Origin: Roseibacillus sp.
GTDB lineage: Bacteria > Verrucomicrobiota > Verrucomicrobiia > Verrucomicrobiales > Akkermansiaceae
Assembly: GCA_965242925.1 (NCBI GenBank)
Contig: CBDEUM010000022.1
Span: 160,001-224,000 of the forward strand
Direction: 5' to 3'
Length of the DNA stretch: 64,000 nt
Part shown: positions 40,300 to 52,223 of the stretch, piece by piece
Layout of the letters: each line of letters starts with the position of its first letter
Position numbering within the stretch: position 1 is the first letter of the stretch
Notes under the pieces: generated by a model
What the model was told of the DNA's origin: nothing
Databases searched by the model: none
What the model saw: only the letters and a program-made list of their open reading frames with translations
Program-made: the position numbers and the translations under genes

Positions 40300-42039
40300 C
40301 TACTCGAACTTCTGCCGTTGCCGGAGTTCGCGGTAGAGCGCACAGCTTTTCTCCAGCTCTTCATTCGTCCCATCGCCAACCACCACGCCCCGTTCAAAAA
40401 CCAGGATGCGGTTCACAACGCTAAGCGTGCTGAAACGATGCGCGATGATGAAGACCGTCTTGTCCCTCGTCAGTTCCAGCAGGGCCTGTTGCACAAGCGC
40501 CTCATTATCAGAGTCCAGAGCCGAGGCCGCCTCGTCCAGCACCAGGATGGGTGCCTTGCGCAGGAAGGCCCGGGCCAGGGCCAGACGCTGCCGCTGCCCC
40601 CCTGAAAGACGCGTCCCCTTCTCACCCATGGTGGTCTCGTAGCCATTTTCCATCCCGGTGATGAAATCGTGGGCCCGTGCCTGCCGGGCGGCCTCGAAGA
40701 CTTCTTCGTCACTGGCGTCCGGCCGACCGATGAGAATATTCTCCCTGGCCGTAGAATTGAAGAGAAGAGGCTCCTGCGGCACAAAGGAAATCGCATCATG
40801 CAGATCCTTCTGCCTCATGCGCCGGAGATCGTGCCCATCAAGTAACACGACCCCTTTGGCAGGATCATAGAACCGCAGGATCAGGTTGATGAAAGTTGTC
40901 TTGCCGGCTCCGCTCGGCCCCACGATCCCAACCACTTCTCCCGGATCGATCTTCACGCTCACCTCCCTGAGCACAGTTTCCTCCACATACGCGAAGGAGA
41001 CTCCCTTGAAAGTAATCTCTCCGCGCACCTCGCCCAGTTCGATCGGGGACTCGGGATCGATTACCTCAGGCTCCTGATGAGAGATGTCTTCCAATCGGTC
41101 GAGGGAAGCCTCCATGCTCTTGAGGTGGGCCGCAATCTTGCCCAACCGTTTGACGGGTTCGTAGCAGAAGTAAAGAGCCCCCAGGAGAGGAACCAATTCC
41201 TGGAGTCCGACACCGTTGCGCCCTGAATACACAATGACACCCGCGATGCCGATGACTGCGACAAACTCCACCAGGGGGGCGACTGCACGCTCGTACTTGA
41301 GAACCTTGAGCTGCCATTTCATCAGCTCCCGTACGCGTCGCCTCATCCCGGCCACCTGGTCGTCCTGCAGATTGAAGGCGCGGATCTCCCGTGATGCCTG
41401 CACACTATCGGTCACGTAGGCCGAAACATCCCCCACCTGGGCCTGCAGTTTCTTCGCACGTTGTTTCAACTTCCTGGCCAGCCAGCGGATGGGAAGAACG
41501 CAGGCAGGCACACTCATCAGAAAGGCCAGGATAAAGACAAACTCCCTGTTTTCGATGGAGAGATAGACGATGACACCCGCCGCCCCGAGCAGGGTGAACG
41601 GTTGCTTGATGATATCGTTGGTGACATTGATGATGCCGGCACGAAGGATCTCGGTATCCGTGATGAGACGGCTCACCGTATCCCCGCTACGACGTCGCTG
41701 AAAAAACGATAACGAGAGTTTCTGGAGGTGAGCAAAGGCGTCCGTCCGCAGCGCCTCCAGGACCCGCTGCCCACAGTAGGCCATCCCATACATGTTCGCG
41801 AACTGAGACACACTCCGGAGTCCCATCCCCGCGATCAGAACAGCGGCAATTACCAGGAGATCACCCAGCGGGACCGGCTGTTCCCCTTCTACCCAGATTC
41901 TGGGGAGCACCTCCTTGATAATGACCGGAATTCCCGCCCCACTGGCCAGTCCGTAAATCAACCCGGCGAGAAGCGCGCCGACAAACTGCCAGCGCACCGG
42001 TCGGAGGTAGCGTGTGTAGGGCCGAAGGCGCTTGAGCAC
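40300..42039 (-). CDS. msbA: MsbA-like ABC exporter
   Basis: TMD + NBD, GPSGAGKT, LSGGQRQR, LDEA; LPS-locus context. Confidence 0.75.
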   Translation of the reverse strand: MLKRLRPYTRYLRPVRWQFVGALLAGLIYGLASGAGIPVIIKEVLPRIWVEGEQPVPLGDLLVIAAVLIAGMGLRSVSQFANMYGMAYCGQRVLEALRTDAFAHLQKLSLSFFQRRRSGDTVSRLITDTEILRAGIINVTNDIIKQPFTLLGAAGVIVYLSIENREFVFILAFLMSVPACVLPIRWLARKLKQRAKKLQAQVGDVSAYVTDSVQASREIRAFNLQDDQVAGMRRRVRELMKWQLKVLKYERAVAPLVEFVAVIGIAGVIVYSGRNGVGLQELVPLLGALYFCYEPVKRLGKIAAHLKSMEASLDRLEDISHQEPEVIDPESPIELGEVRGEITFKGVSFAYVEETVLREVSVKIDPGEVVGIVGPSGAGKTTFINLILRFYDPAKGVVLLDGHDLRRMRQKDLHDAISFVPQEPLLFNSTARENILIGRPDASDEEVFEAARQARAHDFITGMENGYETTMGEKGTRLSGGQRQRLALARAFLRKAPILVLDEAASALDSDNEALVQQALLELTRDKTVFIIAHRFSTLSVVNRILVFERGVVVGDGTNEELEKSCALYRELRQRQKFE

Positions 42040-42047
42040 GTGTCGGC

Positions 42048-42076
42048 AGTGTCAGGGTTTCCGAAGCAATTCGCAA
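42048..42076 (-). promoter_or_regulatory. putative promoter 8 nt before the msbA GTG
   Basis: TTGCGA-N17-GACACT-N8-GTG on the minus strand. Confidence 0.35.
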
Positions 42077-42097
42077 GCTTTTGGAGTGCGGTAATCC

Positions 42098-42826
42098 TTA
42101 CCGCAATTCATAGCCCAGTGCACTGAGCCCATACATTACTGCGGTTTCCACCCGCAGGATAAGGGGGCCGAAGCTCACCAGCTGGAATCCACCTGCCACC
42201 GCTGATTCGGTCTCGGCGGCAGAAAAATCTCCCTCAGGACCGATCAGCAGATCCACTCCTTCCAGTTCCGGGGGCAATCCCCCGAGGACTTTCTTCAGCG
42301 AAACCGCATCATCACGGAGGGAGGCCAGTAACCCGGCACGGCCACCCCGATCTCCCAGCACTTTCTCCAGTGAGGCAACCGCCCTTACTTCCGGCACAAA
42401 GTTCCGCCCGCATTGCTTGCAGGCCTCCAGCGCAACCCGTTGCCACTTCTCCCGCTTGCCGGCCCCGCTTTCGTCTTCCAGACGCACCACGGTATGCTCG
42501 GTAACCAGCGGTTGAATTTGATCCACCCCCAGCTCAACGGCCTTCTGCACCACAAGCTCCATCATCTTCCCCTTCGGAATGGCAACCGCCAGTCCAATCC
42601 CCGGACTCGCCCGCCTGTCCCTCCCTTCTTCCTCCACCATCACCGCAACCAACCCGTCACTCTCGTCCGCAATCACTCCCCTTCCCCAGCGTCCCGCCCC
42701 GTCGAAGATTTCCACCTTGTCAGCCGTCCGCTTGCGCATCACGCGCAGGCAGTGGTGACTCTCCTCGCGTCCCAGCAAGGCCCGGTCTTCATTCCAGTCC
42801 TCGGCGCCCACGAAAAATCTGTCCAT
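42098..42826 (-). CDS. rsmE: 16S rRNA m3U1498 methyltransferase
   Basis: HCLRVMR, KAVELGV, EACKQCGR, IGPEGDF, ILRVETA. Confidence 0.95.
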   Translation of the reverse strand: MDRFFVGAEDWNEDRALLGREESHHCLRVMRKRTADKVEIFDGAGRWGRGVIADESDGLVAVMVEEEGRDRRASPGIGLAVAIPKGKMMELVVQKAVELGVDQIQPLVTEHTVVRLEDESGAGKREKWQRVALEACKQCGRNFVPEVRAVASLEKVLGDRGGRAGLLASLRDDAVSLKKVLGGLPPELEGVDLLIGPEGDFSAAETESAVAGGFQLVSFGPLILRVETAVMYGLSALGYELR

Positions 42827-42867
42827 CCTCCCAGCCTGCAGGTCAATACACCATTCGCCCTGCGCTC

Positions 42868-44013
42868 CTACAGATTGAAGAAACGCTTTGTTTTCTCAAG
42901 AAAGCTCTCATGCATCGGAGAGTTCTCCTCGCCGATCGACTCGGTGAAGGTCTCCAGTTTCTCCTTCTGCTCACCACTCAAACGGGTGGGCACCTCCACG
43001 CGAACCTCCACGTGCAGGTCGCCCTTGCGTCCGCTGCTGATATCCCGGATGCCACGATTCCGCAGGCGGAAGATCGTACCGCTCTGCGTTCCCGCGGGAA
43101 TCTTGATGGAAGCTGGACCTTCCAGAGTGGGGACACCCAGTTCCCCCCCGAGAGCCGCCGTTCCGAAAGAGACAGGCACTTCACAGAAGAGATCCTCTCC
43201 ACGCCGCTCAAAGACATCATGCCGCTTTACGTGCAGAACAATGTGCAGATCGCCGGACGGTCCGCCCCGCACGCCCGCATCGCCGTTGCCGCTCGAACGC
43301 AACCGAATGCCATGATCGACCCCGGCCGGAATCTCGACCTGGGTTCGATCCATCTTCTCAACCCGGCCCTGCCCACGGCAGTCGGGACACGGATCGGAAA
43401 TCTCCTGCCCGGAACCATCACAGCCAGGGCATGCCACCTGCTTGCGGAAGATGCCTCCGAATCCCTCCATCCTCTGCTCCACGATCCCGTGACCGTGACA
43501 GGTTGCACAGGTCTGCGCTCCGTCCCCGCTCTTTGAACCGGATGCTCCACAGGTTTCGCACGCCACGTACTTCTCCAACTCAAGACCCTTGGAGACCCCG
43601 CTGGCGGTCTCTTCCAACGTGACCTCAAGATTATAGCGCAGATCACTACCACGCTTGCGACCGTCCCGGCTACGTCCCGATCCTCCTCCGAAAAAATCGC
43701 CGAAACCTCCGCCAAAGACCTGCGAAAAGATGTCCATCGGATCGTGGAATCCACCTGCTCCGAATCCTCCACCGCCACCTCCCGTCTTGAAGGCCGCATG
43801 CCCATAGCGGTCATAGGCTGCCCGCTTCTCCTCATCACTGAGCACTTCGTAAGCCTCCCCCAGTTCCTTGAACCTCTCTTCCGCGCCGGGATCATCCGGA
43901 TTCTGGTCCGGATGAAACTTCATCGCGAGCTTGCGATAGGACTTCTTGATCTCCGCCGCGCTGGAGTCTTTCGAAGCACCCAGCACCTCGTAATAGTCGC
44001 CAGTAGATGCCAT
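42868..44013 (-). CDS. dnaJ: chaperone DnaJ
   Basis: HPD J-domain, G/F region, four CxxCxGxG-type repeats. Confidence 0.97.
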   Translation of the reverse strand: MASTGDYYEVLGASKDSSAAEIKKSYRKLAMKFHPDQNPDDPGAEERFKELGEAYEVLSDEEKRAAYDRYGHAAFKTGGGGGGFGAGGFHDPMDIFSQVFGGGFGDFFGGGSGRSRDGRKRGSDLRYNLEVTLEETASGVSKGLELEKYVACETCGASGSKSGDGAQTCATCHGHGIVEQRMEGFGGIFRKQVACPGCDGSGQEISDPCPDCRGQGRVEKMDRTQVEIPAGVDHGIRLRSSGNGDAGVRGGPSGDLHIVLHVKRHDVFERRGEDLFCEVPVSFGTAALGGELGVPTLEGPASIKIPAGTQSGTIFRLRNRGIRDISSGRKGDLHVEVRVEVPTRLSGEQKEKLETFTESIGEENSPMHESFLEKTKRFFNL

Positions 44014-44649
44014 CTACTTGTTCTCCTCCCTTTCCGCCGGTGCCGGCACCTCGTCTGGTTCCGGCGCCCTGGCCACCACCACGTTTGCGGGGCGCAGCAG
44101 GCGGTCACTCATCCGGTAGCCACGGCGGATGACCCGCAAAACCTTGCCCTCCTCCGAGTCCGAGCACTCCTCCTGCGAAACCGCTTCGTGCACGGAAGGA
44201 TCGAATATCTCTCCCTCCGCCCGGATTTCCTCGACCCCCTGACTCGACAGGAATTCGTCGAGCTGCTTCTTCACCATTTCCATGCCACGATAAATCATCG
44301 ACTCCGAATCAGCCGCCGCGGCCTGGAGTCCCATCTGGAAGTTGTCGAACACGGGAAGGAGTTCCTCCAGAAGCAACTGGTTGGCATAGCACCGCGCTTC
44401 ACGCTTCTCGCGCTCCATCCGCTTCCGAAAGTTTTCCAGGTCGGCCGCGGAACGCATGGCACGCTCCCGCCACTCCGCGATCTGCTCTTCCGCCGTGGGC
44501 TCTGCCTGTTCCTCCTCCTCGCCAGCGGAACTCTCCTCCGCATGGGGTTCTTCTCCTTCCCCATCCTGCCCTGCCACTTCTGCCTCCACAGAATTCTCCA
44601 CCGGAACCTGCTCTTCGATTTCCGCCTCACCGGATGGCTCGTGCTGCAT
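44014..44649 (-). CDS. grpE: nucleotide exchange factor GrpE
   Basis: ADLENFRKR, FDPSVHEAV, GY..DRLLRPA.VVV. Confidence 0.95.
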   Translation of the reverse strand: MQHEPSGEAEIEEQVPVENSVEAEVAGQDGEGEEPHAEESSAGEEEEQAEPTAEEQIAEWRERAMRSAADLENFRKRMEREKREARCYANQLLLEELLPVFDNFQMGLQAAAADSESMIYRGMEMVKKQLDEFLSSQGVEEIRAEGEIFDPSVHEAVSQEECSDSEEGKVLRVIRRGYRMSDRLLRPANVVVARAPEPDEVPAPAEREENK

Positions 44650-44718
44650 GGGGAGACCAATACCCGGCCCCACTCTGTGGTCAACCCTGAGCATTCACTT
44701 CTCCGGTGTCCTTCGACC

Positions 44719-45231
44719 CTATTCGCCCACAGCCCGCTTCTCCAGGACATCGAGTACGGCAGAAAACTTCCCGGCATTTTCCTCGCTGGCCTCACACAAT
44801 TTCCGGTGCGCTTCAAGGATATGCGCAGCGTCCAGGTTACCCGGAGCTTCCGCTGAGAACGATTCCAGGGTCCCACGCACATCTTCGACATGGCCACACC
44901 ACTCGCTGTCCGCCGGATCGATCTCCAGCAACGCCTCCAATCCGAGATCCTGTAACAACTGGCGGTTACGCTCGCACACACCGTTCAATTGCAGTCGCCC
45001 CCCCGCAGTCCTGGATATCCGCATGGCCAATCCGGCCAGGGTGCCCATGAAGGTCGAATCCATTGCCGGACAGTCGCCCAAATCAATCACAAACTGCGTC
45101 TCACCGCTTTCCAGGCTGCTCTCAATGAAGCCCTTCAGCGGCGGACTGGTTGAAAACGAACCCTTCCCCTTGATGCGGATCCATACAAATCCGTCAGTTG
45201 TTCCGACATCGAGGGCGTCGTAGTCCATCAA
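44719..45231 (-). CDS. STAS domain anti-sigma factor antagonist
   Basis: IDL..C..MDSTFMG.L. Confidence 0.85.
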   Translation of the reverse strand: MMDYDALDVGTTDGFVWIRIKGKGSFSTSPPLKGFIESSLESGETQFVIDLGDCPAMDSTFMGTLAGLAMRISRTAGGRLQLNGVCERNRQLLQDLGLEALLEIDPADSEWCGHVEDVRGTLESFSAEAPGNLDAAHILEAHRKLCEASEENAGKFSAVLDVLEKRAVGE

Positions 45232-45303
45232 GGGTAACTAGCAGAGGGGGTTCAGCGCCACAGCTTACGACAGGATCAACAATCCGTCAATCACGCAAGG
45301 AGG

Positions 45304-45753
45304 TCACTCCCATAAATATGATTGTCTGGTCTCTTCCAACCGGTCACCACGATAGTAGCTGAGGTGCCACGAGAGAATCCGCCCACCCTCCAGGTAAACC
45401 GGCCCGGTGACACGCAATTCGGTCTTGCCTTCGCTCCCGGCCGGGGCCGAGACCTCAAGCTGCCGGATCTCACTGCCAGCCCCAGCCTGCCGATAGCGGA
45501 ACACCAGACGGACTGGTTTCTCCTCCTCCCCCTCCGGCCCGTGCCACTCGATCGTATAATAGTGGCCCAGCCGGTTCCGGCGCTCTTCCGCGGTAACCGC
45601 CCCGTGGAAGCGATTCAATTGCTCCGCCCGGGGGGCGCCCATTCCCTTTGCCACGGTGCGAGAGCGAAGATGGTATTGCCGGATTTCCAGAGAACTCCGG
45701 GGACCTGAACACGAGATCAAACCAAGGACCGCAAGAATCGCCAGCCAACGCAC
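45304..45753 (-). CDS. conserved hypothetical lipoprotein
   Basis: lipobox LISC; coherent 149-aa ORF. Confidence 0.7.
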   Translation of the reverse strand: MRWLAILAVLGLISCSGPRSSLEIRQYHLRSRTVAKGMGAPRAEQLNRFHGAVTAEERRNRLGHYYTIEWHGPEGEEEKPVRLVFRYRQAGAGSEIRQLEVSAPAGSEGKTELRVTGPVYLEGGRILSWHLSYYRGDRLEETRQSYLWE

Positions 45754-45855
45754 CTCCCCAGAGCAACATGGCCTCCCCCCCGCAGCAAGAACACGTTTTT
45801 GCCCGAAACTAAAAAATCGGATTCACCCCTGCGCCGGCACTGTCATACTGACACC

Positions 45856-46356
45856 ATGACGCCGGAAATCCGCAAACGGTTTAACGCCTTCATCAAAATG
45901 AAGGGGCTCCGGCACACTCCACAGCGCAATGCCATCGTGGAGATCATCTTTGCCGGCGATGAGCACTTCACCCCGGACGAGCTCTGGGAGAAGTTGCGGG
46001 GCACGGACAACCGGACATCCCGGGCCACCCTTTACCGCACTCTCTCCCTTCTGTCGGAAGCCGGACTCCTCCAGGAAATCGATCTGGGTGACGGCCAGAC
46101 GACCTACGACCCCAACTTCCTTGAAAAGCCGGCCCACAATCACCTCGTTTGTGTCGATTGCGGCAAGATCATCGAGTTCGAGGACGACCACCTTGAGGTT
46201 CTCAATGAGTGCATCACCCGGCGACTAGGATTCCACTCCATCAAACAGACCCTGCGCATCGAAGCCTGTTGCGAGGAGCTTCGGACGGAGGGACGTTGCC
46301 CCAACCTGATCCAGGCCCGCCTGAAGAGGCAGCGTCTCCCGGGCAGGAAACGCTGA
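45856..46356 (+). CDS. fur: Fur family transcriptional regulator
   Basis: T.QR, SRATLYRTL, HNHLVCVDCGKIIEF. Confidence 0.88.
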   Translation: MTPEIRKRFNAFIKMKGLRHTPQRNAIVEIIFAGDEHFTPDELWEKLRGTDNRTSRATLYRTLSLLSEAGLLQEIDLGDGQTTYDPNFLEKPAHNHLVCVDCGKIIEFEDDHLEVLNECITRRLGFHSIKQTLRIEACCEELRTEGRCPNLIQARLKRQRLPGRKR

Positions 46357-46596
46357 AGATTAGGGGAAACCGCAGATTGACTCAGCTTTCTAACCAATAT
46401 TCCCTCCCTTGCCGGAGCGTGTCATTCATCCTCGGGGAAATCCAGGCGTGAGCCCCCCGGATCAACAGCCCCTTCACTGCCACCGGCACCAGTTCTCCTC
46501 CCGGTTTGCTCTCTTCCGGGAAAGCAGTCCTCCTGCTTTTCCGCCTCCATATTTTGACGCCGCCCCCTCCTCCTGTTAGCGGATGGCGGAACAATC

Positions 46597-47730
46597 ATGA
46601 ATTCGATCCACGGCGCCCCCTCCTTTCAGTTGAAATCCGACTGTGTCGAACTTTCCATCACCCAAACCGCAGGAATGCTGGCTCCCGTCATCTTCCGTTC
46701 CGGTGGCTCGGAGTTCTCTCCTTACGCGCTCGCACCCTGGAAACCGGACGAACTTGAGGGAAGCCTTCCCAACCTGCTCAAGTATCTGAGGGGGGACTTC
46801 TTCTGCCTTCCCTTCGGTCCGCAGGACAACGGTGATCCCCACGGTGACACCGCCAATGCGGAATGGTCCCTGGTGAAACAGGAAGAGGGCCTCCTTCACC
46901 TGGCCCTTGACCCGGGTGACGTGGGTGGACGGGTCGAAAAGGTCCTCCGGTTGAAATCCGGACATGCCGCCGTCTACTGCGAACACCGCATCTCGGGAGC
47001 AGAGGGGCGCTTCAGTTACGGAACCCATCCCATCCTCGATTTCTCCGGTCTGGCGGAAGGTCAGGGCCGGGTCACAACCTCTCCCTTCCGGTGGGCATCG
47101 GTCAATCCGGGGCTCTTTTCCGACCCCGCCAACCACGAATACCAGGCCCTTGTTCCGGGTGCACGGTTTACCGACCTGCGAGAAGTTCCCCTTGCAACGG
47201 AACCGCCTTCCGCCCCGGATCAGGTCTCTGCCGCGGGAACCACCGACCTTACCCGCTACCCGGCGCGCCAGGGATTCGAGGATCTCGTCATGCTCGTCAA
47301 CGAGGAGGCGAGCAAGGAGCAACCATTTGCCTGGACCGCCGCCGTCCTCGACGGCTGCGTCTGGTTTTCGCTCAAGAATCCTGCCGACTTTCCCGCTACC
47401 CTGTTCTGGATTTCCAATGGCGGCCGGCGGGGGGCTCCCTGGGACGGTCAGTACCTCGGACGACTCGGCCTGGAGGAGGTGTGCTCACACTTTGCCGACA
47501 ATGTGACCAGCTCACGGGAAGACAGGCTGGACGGGGAGAACATTCCCACCACCCGGTCCTTTTCAAGGGACGAAGTGGTCTCCCTGCGGATCGTGCAGGC
47601 CGTCACCGCCATTCCCGCCGATTTCGGCGCGGTGGTCTCCATTGTTCCTGGTGGGTCCGAGGATGTCACCATCACTTCGGACACCGGAGCCACCGTGGAG
47701 GTGGCGGTGAACTGGAGTTTCACAGCCTGA
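46597..47730 (+). CDS. aldose-epimerase/mutarotase-like hypothetical protein
   Basis: LRGDFFCLPFG, PHG, GTHP, WISNGGR..PW. Confidence 0.6.
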   Translation: MNSIHGAPSFQLKSDCVELSITQTAGMLAPVIFRSGGSEFSPYALAPWKPDELEGSLPNLLKYLRGDFFCLPFGPQDNGDPHGDTANAEWSLVKQEEGLLHLALDPGDVGGRVEKVLRLKSGHAAVYCEHRISGAEGRFSYGTHPILDFSGLAEGQGRVTTSPFRWASVNPGLFSDPANHEYQALVPGARFTDLREVPLATEPPSAPDQVSAAGTTDLTRYPARQGFEDLVMLVNEEASKEQPFAWTAAVLDGCVWFSLKNPADFPATLFWISNGGRRGAPWDGQYLGRLGLEEVCSHFADNVTSSREDRLDGENIPTTRSFSRDEVVSLRIVQAVTAIPADFGAVVSIVPGGSEDVTITSDTGATVEVAVNWSFTA

Positions 47731-48013
47731 ACGAGGCGAGCCCCGACCAGTTCAGATTCAACCACACGCTGATCTCCCCGCGCAGGCTCCCGGCAAGAAG
47801 TCTCATTTCGGCCTGACGCCTCACTCCCGGGGGGAATCTTGCCACCGACACCAATCCCACGGCCCGCAGGCCGTGGAAGAAAACCACCTCCCCTCGAAAA
47901 ATCGTGCATCCGGCACCGCCCTCCCCTTCACTCTCTGCCGCGGAGCAGGCCGTCCGCGTCGACAACCCGGATTCACTCTCCCCTTTCCCCTCATCACTCA
48001 CTCCCTTGACATC

Positions 48014-49276
48014 ATGAGTCATCCCCGCACGACCGAAGACCTCACTACTGCCTCCAGTAACGTTCGCAGCCTCGTGGACGGTCACCTTGAAGACACCGGA
48101 GGCCTCCTTCGTCTCGCCCCGACCTGGGTGCCCCGCTCCTTCCTCCAGCCTGGACTGCGGATCAAGCTCCACCCCGACGACACTTATGCCTACGGCCTGA
48201 GCCGGGGGGGAATTGACGAACGCTGGTTCGCCTCCACAACCGAGTGCGCCAACGAAGGCCGCGTAGCAGACGAAGGGCTTTCCTACGTGGTGGTGGGAAA
48301 AGAGCGCTTCACCCTGCGCGATGCGGTGGCCGAATGCGGTGCCGACCTCATCGGTTCTGCCATCTGGGACAAGTACGGCAAGTGGCCGGTCTATTCCAAG
48401 TTCTTCGACAATATGGGCCCGATTCCCCATCACATGCATCAGAATGCCGAGCAGGCCGCCCTGGTCGGCCAGGAGGGCAAACCCGAGAGCTACTACTTCC
48501 CTCCCCAGCATAACAACGTGGGCAACAACTTCCCCTACACCTTCATGGGATTCGAACCCGGCACCACCCGGCAGCAGGTCTACGACTGCATCGCCAACTG
48601 GCACAAGGGCGACAACAGGATCCTCGAACTCTCCAAGGCCTACAAGCTGCAACCCGGAACCGGCTGGCTCATCGACCCCTGTGTCCTGCACGCGCCGGGT
48701 TCCCTCTGCACCTACGAACCGCAATGGGGCTCCGACGTTTTCGGCATGTACCAAAATCTGGTGGAGGGCCGGGAAGTTCCCTGGTCCCTCCTCGTCAAGG
48801 ACATGCCTGAGGACAAACATGAAGACATCGACTTCATCATCGACCAGCTCGACTGGGAGAAAAACCTCGATCCAACCTTCAAGGACAACCACTACCTTGA
48901 ACCTGTCACTTCCGGGCAGGAAGATGGTTACCACGACAAATGGATTGTCTACGGGAAGATTGACGGGGAACAACTCTTCACTGCCAAGGAGCTCACCGTG
49001 GAACCCGGCCAGACGTGCACCGTCAGGGATGGCGGAGCCTACGGTCTGATCGTGGTGCAGGGTGAGGGCCACGCCAACAAGCTGCGCCTGAACTGCCCCA
49101 AACTTCTCCGCTTCAACGAACTTTCCCAGGACGAGTTCTTCGCCACTGAGGCGGCCGCACGGGACGGGGTGACCTTTGAGAACACTTCCGATACCGAACC
49201 TCTCGTCTGCCTCCGCTACTTCGGCCCCGAAACCCAGCCCGACGCCCCCGAAATGGGCGCCTACAAAACCGGGTAA
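48014..49276 (+). CDS. cupin protein, class I phosphomannose-isomerase-like
   Basis: ERWF, KFFD..PIPHHMH..GKPESYY, LHAPG..TYEPQ..SD. Confidence 0.7.
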   Translation: MSHPRTTEDLTTASSNVRSLVDGHLEDTGGLLRLAPTWVPRSFLQPGLRIKLHPDDTYAYGLSRGGIDERWFASTTECANEGRVADEGLSYVVVGKERFTLRDAVAECGADLIGSAIWDKYGKWPVYSKFFDNMGPIPHHMHQNAEQAALVGQEGKPESYYFPPQHNNVGNNFPYTFMGFEPGTTRQQVYDCIANWHKGDNRILELSKAYKLQPGTGWLIDPCVLHAPGSLCTYEPQWGSDVFGMYQNLVEGREVPWSLLVKDMPEDKHEDIDFIIDQLDWEKNLDPTFKDNHYLEPVTSGQEDGYHDKWIVYGKIDGEQLFTAKELTVEPGQTCTVRDGGAYGLIVVQGEGHANKLRLNCPKLLRFNELSQDEFFATEAAARDGVTFENTSDTEPLVCLRYFGPETQPDAPEMGAYKTG

Positions 49277-49363
49277 ACAGGTCGACGCTCCCCCGAACAG
49301 AGCCCCCGCTACGAACCTGCTGGACTCCCTGCCCTTCGTAATGACGAACCCTGGCAAGTGGAA

Positions 49364-49690
49364 ATGAACGGGAAGCCATCCGTCCAGCAACTCCGCAGGA
49401 CCAAGCGGCGCTGGCTCCTCATTCTCTGGTGCTGCGGCCTCCTTCTCGCCCTCTCCATCATCCTGGGCATGGGATCCACCCTCAATCGCCTCCGCCAGAC
49501 CGTCCAACTGACCGACGACCCCTCCCTCTCCGAAGCCACCTACGAGGAGATGATCCAAGGCACCCTGCTCGCCGGAAAGCTGGGTTTGGTCTTCGGAGTC
49601 CTGGCCTTCTCCGGCTATCTCGGCGCCGTGCTCATGCACCACCGGGCCAGGCAGCAACTCCGCCGCGCCCGCGAAGAGGATCACACCTAG
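49364..49690 (+). CDS. small two-TM membrane protein
   Basis: two hydrophobic helices. Confidence 0.55.
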   Translation: MNGKPSVQQLRRTKRRWLLILWCCGLLLALSIILGMGSTLNRLRQTVQLTDDPSLSEATYEEMIQGTLLAGKLGLVFGVLAFSGYLGAVLMHHRARQQLRRAREEDHT

Positions 49691-49823
49691 TGGTTTTCAC
49701 GGGAACCCGGGAGGGAACTTTTTCCCTTCCCCGTCCCGCCCTTCACCCTCTAGGTTCCCTCCCGGCAGCAGTGGACCGCACCGCTCAATCGCTGCTCTAC
49801 TTAACATCACACATCTCTTAATC

Positions 49824-50852
49824 ATGCCCAGCAAACCAGCATTGCACAACGCCATGTGGCCCGGACTCGTCGGCAAGGGCGACGAGGAAGGCCAGGAACC
49901 ACCCATCTCGCTCGAGCGCATGCTTGAACTGACCGCCGCCGCCGAGGTCGATGGCCAGAAGTTTGACGGGATCGATTACTTCCTCTTCCTGCCTCACACC
50001 GATCCCGAGGCCAGTGACGACGAACTCAAGGGCATCGCCGACCTGATCCAGGGCAAAGGCTTCGATATCGGCTCCCTCGTCGCACCCGTGTGGCCCGGCA
50101 CCGTCGGCGACTCCGCCATGGGCTCCGACGAGCAACAAGCCAAGTTCCTCGACGCCGTCAAGATGGCCTGCCGCATCGCCAAGGTCTTCAATGAACATGG
50201 TGCCCGCAAATACGGAGTCATCCGCATCGATTCCGCGGAATTCGGCGTTGCCAAATTCCTCGAAGATCCCGCCACCAACCTCAAGCGCATCGCGGCTACC
50301 TTCAAGGAAGCCGCCAAGATCGCTGCCGACCACGGCGAACGCCTGGCCGCCGAAGGTGAAGTCTGCTGGGCCGGTCTCCATTCCTGGAAAGCCGCCGTCG
50401 CTCTCATGGAAGAAGTCGGCATGCCGGAATCCCTCGGATTCCAGGCCGATCTCGCCCACACCTACACCTTCATGCTCGGCTACAATGCCCCTGAGGACGG
50501 CCTTCTGCAGAAGGACCACAGCGAGGAGGAGTTCTGGGCCGCCTACGAAAAGGTCACCACCGCCCTCCGCCCCTGGACCATCGATTTCCACGTGGCCCAG
50601 AACGACGGCGAAGTGCACGGCGCCGGCAGCCATGACAAGACCGGCAAGCACTGCCCCGCTGACGACCCCAACGGCAAACTCGATATCGCCAGGTGCGCCG
50701 GCTACTGGCTTGAGGGTGCCCGGGACCGCGGGATCCAGCACATCTGTTGGGATGGATGCATGTTCCCGAACGAAACCCTTGAGAAACCCGAAACCTGGAA
50801 TGCCATCCTCAAGTCCATGATCGACGTTCGCGACGCCCACGGCTGGGATTAA
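49824..50852 (+). CDS. xylose-isomerase-like TIM-barrel sugar isomerase/epimerase
   Basis: AAEGE, QADLAH, DFHVAQ, WDG metal-ligand pattern. Confidence 0.8.
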   Translation: MPSKPALHNAMWPGLVGKGDEEGQEPPISLERMLELTAAAEVDGQKFDGIDYFLFLPHTDPEASDDELKGIADLIQGKGFDIGSLVAPVWPGTVGDSAMGSDEQQAKFLDAVKMACRIAKVFNEHGARKYGVIRIDSAEFGVAKFLEDPATNLKRIAATFKEAAKIAADHGERLAAEGEVCWAGLHSWKAAVALMEEVGMPESLGFQADLAHTYTFMLGYNAPEDGLLQKDHSEEEFWAAYEKVTTALRPWTIDFHVAQNDGEVHGAGSHDKTGKHCPADDPNGKLDIARCAGYWLEGARDRGIQHICWDGCMFPNETLEKPETWNAILKSMIDVRDAHGWD

Positions 50853-50891
50853 GTCCGCCCGCAACCTGGAAACTCTAAGAGAAACTCGAGC

Positions 50892-52034
<1,143 letters not shown>

Positions 52035-52062
52035 GCAGCAATCTTCCCCATGGATCCTGGCA

Positions 52063-52097
52063 GCCTTTCCTGTTCCGGCAGGGAAGGTTTCTTATTT
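52063..52097 (+). terminator. putative intrinsic terminator
   Basis: stem GCCTTTCCTG / CAGGGAAGGT, 6-nt loop, then TTCTTATTT. Confidence 0.5.
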
Positions 52098-52223
52098 CAC
52101 GAACCACCCTGCCCCGGTTGACGGATGCCCACCCTCCCCGGGATGCTCCGGGAACGGGAAAAAGACTTGGACTCCCCCGGCGAAAGGTGTCACACCACGC
52201 TCCCAACCACCATCAGACAGTCC

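Noticed and set aside
42868..44649. grpE-dnaJ without dnaK or hrcA as an anomaly
   Set aside because: Split chaperone operons are common, and no CIRCE element was seen.
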